A stretch of 64,000 bases of DNA from an uncultured Candidatus Rokubacteria bacterium (GTDB lineage Bacteria > Methylomirabilota > Methylomirabilia > Rokubacteriales > CSP1-6): assembly GCA_963754315.1 (NCBI GenBank), contig CAVWFS010000019.1:288001-352000 (forward strand), written 5' to 3'. Below, in pieces: positions 60,899-64,000 of this stretch. The notes below the pieces were generated by a model, which saw only the letters and a list, made by a program, of their open reading frames with translations, had not been told where the DNA came from and did not search any database. The position numbers were made by a program, and so were the translations under genes. The first letter of the stretch is position 1. Each line of letters opens with the position of its first letter.

Positions 60899-61405
60899 AT
60901 GCCACAGATCACTGGGTTGGGCCACGTCGGCCTCTTTTGCAACGACCTCGGGACGATGCGCGACTTCTATACACGCGTGCTCGGCCTCACCATCAGCGAC
61001 GAGAACCTTGAGCGAGGCATCTGCTTCCTGAGTGCCGCCCCGGAAGCCGAGCACCACGAGCTGGCTCTCGTGCGAGCCAAGGAGCCGGGGCAGAAGACGC
61101 ACAACGTGCAGCAGGTCTCTTTCAAGGTGAAGAGCCTCGCCGACGTGCGCGCCTTTTACCATCGCCTCCTGGACGCCGGAATCAAGATCGACCGCACGGT
61201 CACGCACGGGATCGCCTGCAGCGTGTACTTCTACGATCCCGAGGACAATCGCATCGAGCTCTACTACACGACCCCGTACCAGGTCCGCCAGCCGCTCGGC
61301 GAGCCGATCGACCTCGACCGGCCCGACGACGAGCTGCTGGCGTTCGCCAAGTCCTTCGAGGAGAGCAAGGGGCCGCCGCGTGGCCCCCAGTCGCCCATGG
61401 AATAG
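60899..61405 (+). CDS. VOC (glyoxalase/extradiol dioxygenase) family protein
   Basis: LGHVGL...DL..MRDFYTRVLGL, EHHELAL, SVYFYDPEDNRIEL. Confidence 0.88.
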   Translation: MPQITGLGHVGLFCNDLGTMRDFYTRVLGLTISDENLERGICFLSAAPEAEHHELALVRAKEPGQKTHNVQQVSFKVKSLADVRAFYHRLLDAGIKIDRTVTHGIACSVYFYDPEDNRIELYYTTPYQVRQPLGEPIDLDRPDDELLAFAKSFEESKGPPRGPQSPME

Positions 61406-61415
61406 GCGTGCCGCA

Positions 61416-62591
61416 GTGACCGTGACATCGGACGAGTACCTCGAGCGCGTGCGCAGCCTGCTCCCTGCCCTGCGGGCGCGCGCCGTCGAGGCCGAGCAGC
61501 TCCGGCGGCTGCCCGAGGAAACCTTCAAGGACTTCCAGAGCCTGGGCTTGTTTCGCTGTCTGCAGCCCAAGCGCTACGAGGGCTACGAGCTCGATCCGGG
61601 CACCTTCTACCAGGCCATCATGGAGGTCGGTACCGTCTGCGGCTCGAGCGCCTGGGTTCTCGGCGTGGTCGGCATCCACAACTGGCACCTGGCCCTCTTC
61701 CCACCCCAGGCCCAGGACGATGTCTGGGGCGAGGACACCAGCGTGCTGCTTTCCACGTCGCTGGCGCCGACGGGCGTGGTGGAACGCGTCGCCGGCGGTT
61801 TTCGCCTGCGCGGCCGCTGGTCGTTCTCCAGCATGTGTGATTACTGCCAGTGGGCGGTATTGGGGGGTGTGCTGCCGCCGCTCCGCGAGGGCGACCCGCC
61901 CGACGCGCGGACCTTCTTGCTCCCGCGCCGAGACTACGCTATCGAGGACAACTGGTTCGTCATGGGGCTCGCCGGCTCGGGCAGCAAGGATCTGGTGGTC
62001 GCCGATGCGTTCGTGCCCGAGTATCGGAGCCATTCGTACCAGGAGGCGTTCGTGCTGAAGAATCCCGGCGCCGTCGTGAACGATGGTCCCCTGTACCGGC
62101 TGCCGTTCGGTACCGTCTTTCCCGCCTGCATCGCCGCGCCGGCGGTGGGGGTGGCCCTGGGCGCCGTCGACACCTTCCGGGAACAGTCCAGAACACGCCT
62201 CGCCTCCCGCGATCGAGCGCGCGTGGCCGAGGACCCGTTCATCCAGTTCCACCTGGCGGAGGCGGCCGCGGAGGTCGACGCCGCCCGCGGGCGCTTGCTG
62301 GGCAACTTCGCCGATATGATGCGCATGGTCTCAGCCGGCCAGGAGATCCCGCTGACCAGCCGGGCCCGCTATCGGTGGGACTCGGCCAAGGCCGTGCAAT
62401 GGAGTGTGCGCGCGGTTGATCGGCTGTTCGAGGCGAGCGGGGGTGGCGGCGTCTACTTGAGCAACCCGATCCAGCGCGCGTGGCGCGACGTGCACGCCAT
62501 GCGGGCCCACGCGGCGAACAATCCGGAGAAAGCGGCGGCCGTGTTCGGGCGCTCCGAGTTCGGCCTGCCGCCCGTGGATTTTAGGTTTTAG
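61416..62591 (+). CDS. Flavin-dependent monooxygenase oxygenase subunit (HsaA/C2-like, acyl-CoA dehydrogenase fold)
   Basis: AEQLRRLP, LQPKRY.G, CGSSAWV, GRWSFSS..D, W.VMGLAGSGS, QRAWRDVHA..AH. Confidence 0.88.
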   Translation: MTVTSDEYLERVRSLLPALRARAVEAEQLRRLPEETFKDFQSLGLFRCLQPKRYEGYELDPGTFYQAIMEVGTVCGSSAWVLGVVGIHNWHLALFPPQAQDDVWGEDTSVLLSTSLAPTGVVERVAGGFRLRGRWSFSSMCDYCQWAVLGGVLPPLREGDPPDARTFLLPRRDYAIEDNWFVMGLAGSGSKDLVVADAFVPEYRSHSYQEAFVLKNPGAVVNDGPLYRLPFGTVFPACIAAPAVGVALGAVDTFREQSRTRLASRDRARVAEDPFIQFHLAEAAAEVDAARGRLLGNFADMMRMVSAGQEIPLTSRARYRWDSAKAVQWSVRAVDRLFEASGGGGVYLSNPIQRAWRDVHAMRAHAANNPEKAAAVFGRSEFGLPPVDFRF

Positions 62592-62597
62592 AGCGAT

Positions 62598-63695
62598 TCA
62601 CCGCTGCTTCGAGTGCGCTTCCCCCTCCGGTGGGGGCGGCGGGGCTTGCAGCACCCACGCCTTGAGCAAGGTAAAGCCGACAGCGAGAACGACCGGTCCC
62701 ACAAAGATCCCGACAAGGCCGAAGGCGATCAGACCGCCAATCACCCCCGCGAATATCAAGGTCAGCGGCAGGTCCACCCCTTTCCGGATCAAGATCGGAC
62801 GCAGGAAGTTGTCCAGCGGCGTGATGAGGACAGTCCACACGAGCAGGACGGTGCCCCACCCCGAACTACCGCGCCAGTACAGCCAGACAATCGCTGGTAG
62901 CAGCACCGCCAGTGGTCCCAACTGCGCGATGGAGAGCAAGAACATGATCCCGGTGAGGATCACGACGAACGGGACTCCCGCCACCGCGAGGCCGATGCCG
63001 CCGAGGACGGCCTGAACCAGCGCCGTCAGGACAACGCCGAGGGCTACGCTGCGGATGGCTTGCCCGGCCAGAGCCACCGCTTGCTCACCGCGGTCTCCGG
63101 CCAGCCGTTGAGCGAAGCGCACGACGCCGCTCGCTACGGTCTCGCCCTTCGCGTACATCATCGCGGCGATGATCGTGGTAAGCAGAAACTCGAGGCTGAC
63201 CACCCCAAAGCTCCCGAGCCGGGCCACGAACCACAGCGCGATCGCACGCGCGTGCGGTTCTAGGCTTGCCACGATCTCGTCCACGCTCGCGGCCGCTGCC
63301 CGCTCCCAGGCGGCGGCAATCCTTGCCCCGACGAACGGGATTCTGTGGACTGCTTCTGGTGGGCGAGGAAGCTGTACGGTGGCCAGGGTGTCCGCCCAGC
63401 CGGCGATGCGGTCGGCCTGGTCCAGCACCGTGCCCACGGCGAGCATGAACGGGACGACGTACACGAGGAGGAGCACGGCCGTCATCACTGAAACCGCCAG
63501 CGCGCGCCGGTTCCCGAGCCACCTCTGCACGCGCAGCATCAAGGGCCACGTCGCGACCACGATCATGGTGGCCCACACCGACGCGGCGAGAAACGGACGC
63601 AGAATCCAGAAGGACGCCCCGATGAGGGCCGTGATGAAGAGCACGGCCAAAGTGGTTCGCGTGAGGTCGCGCGCGGGACCGGGAGCGTTGTTCAT
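62598..63695 (-). CDS. ydiK: AI-2E family transporter YdiK
   Basis: WILRPF..A..WA.MIVVATWP, LAGQAIR.VALGVV.TA, DNFLRP.LIR.G.DLP, GVIGGLIAFG..G.FVGPV. Confidence 0.88.
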   Translation of the reverse strand: MNNAPGPARDLTRTTLAVLFITALIGASFWILRPFLAASVWATMIVVATWPLMLRVQRWLGNRRALAVSVMTAVLLLVYVVPFMLAVGTVLDQADRIAGWADTLATVQLPRPPEAVHRIPFVGARIAAAWERAAAASVDEIVASLEPHARAIALWFVARLGSFGVVSLEFLLTTIIAAMMYAKGETVASGVVRFAQRLAGDRGEQAVALAGQAIRSVALGVVLTALVQAVLGGIGLAVAGVPFVVILTGIMFLLSIAQLGPLAVLLPAIVWLYWRGSSGWGTVLLVWTVLITPLDNFLRPILIRKGVDLPLTLIFAGVIGGLIAFGLVGIFVGPVVLAVGFTLLKAWVLQAPPPPPEGEAHSKQR

Positions 63696-64000
63696 TCGTC
63701 GGTCGATGAAGGTTTCCCCTTGAGCGCCGCGCCCATTCCCCAGGCGATGCCATTGCGCAGCAATGTGATGAAGGCGTCGGTTTCCCACGAGCCACGAAAG
63801 GTGAGGGGCATGGTATCCGTGGGATCGATCGCGCGACCGGCGCGGATCGATGGGTTGTGGCAGTGGCCGAGGGCAATGTAGGTGACGGCCCCGTCGCCGA
63901 CCTGGCGAGTGTAGCCGAGCACGCGGCTCCGGCCGTCGGCCTGTGGCGACGTGTCCGAGCCGTAGAGGGTCTCGATGGTGGATGACAGGGCGTGGGGGCC
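63692..64000 (-). CDS. ThuA-like protein, C-terminal part (runs off the window)
   Basis: LGYTRQVGDGAVTYIALGH...W....F..LLRNGIAWG matches the ThuA-domain C-terminus. Confidence 0.65.
   Translation of the reverse strand, partial: GPHALSSTIETLYGSDTSPQADGRSRVLGYTRQVGDGAVTYIALGHCHNPSIRAGRAIDPTDTMPLTFRGSWETDAFITLLRNGIAWGMGAALKGKPSSTDE

Overview
GC-rich, gene-dense bacterial chromosomal window. The gene set and style suggest a soil or sediment lineage such as Ca. Rokubacteria/Methylomirabilota, but that is inference only. Several single-base frameshifts in otherwise intact genes point to long-read consensus errors. From left to right: the 3' end of comM; an aromatic-catabolism block (hpaB, a Liv-type ABC importer, two crotonase-family genes) with an 84-bp-period palindromic tandem repeat; secreted and envelope genes (CHRD protein, MFS, M28 peptidase, HtrA, SBP, TRAP DctPQM, lytic transglycosylase, M19 dipeptidase, CoA ligase); a dnaK-dnaJ-hspR-lon operon without grpE, whose J-domain reads SPD instead of HPD; mazG and a macrodomain gene running into a type IVa pilus cluster (pilBTC, pilA with a sigma54-type promoter, pilD, fimT-pilV-pilX without pilW or pilY1, pilMNOPQ) followed by aroB-TPR-efp-accB-accC; an XPB/Rad25-like helicase plus Bax1/DUF790 nuclease pair in which the helicase ends in QLDLF, a consensus beta-clamp-binding motif; a livKHMGF operon; and assorted genes including a decayed vapBC locus, gene remnants, a VOC protein with an HsaA-like monooxygenase, and ydiK. 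No rRNA, tRNA, CRISPR array, transposase or integrase was seen.
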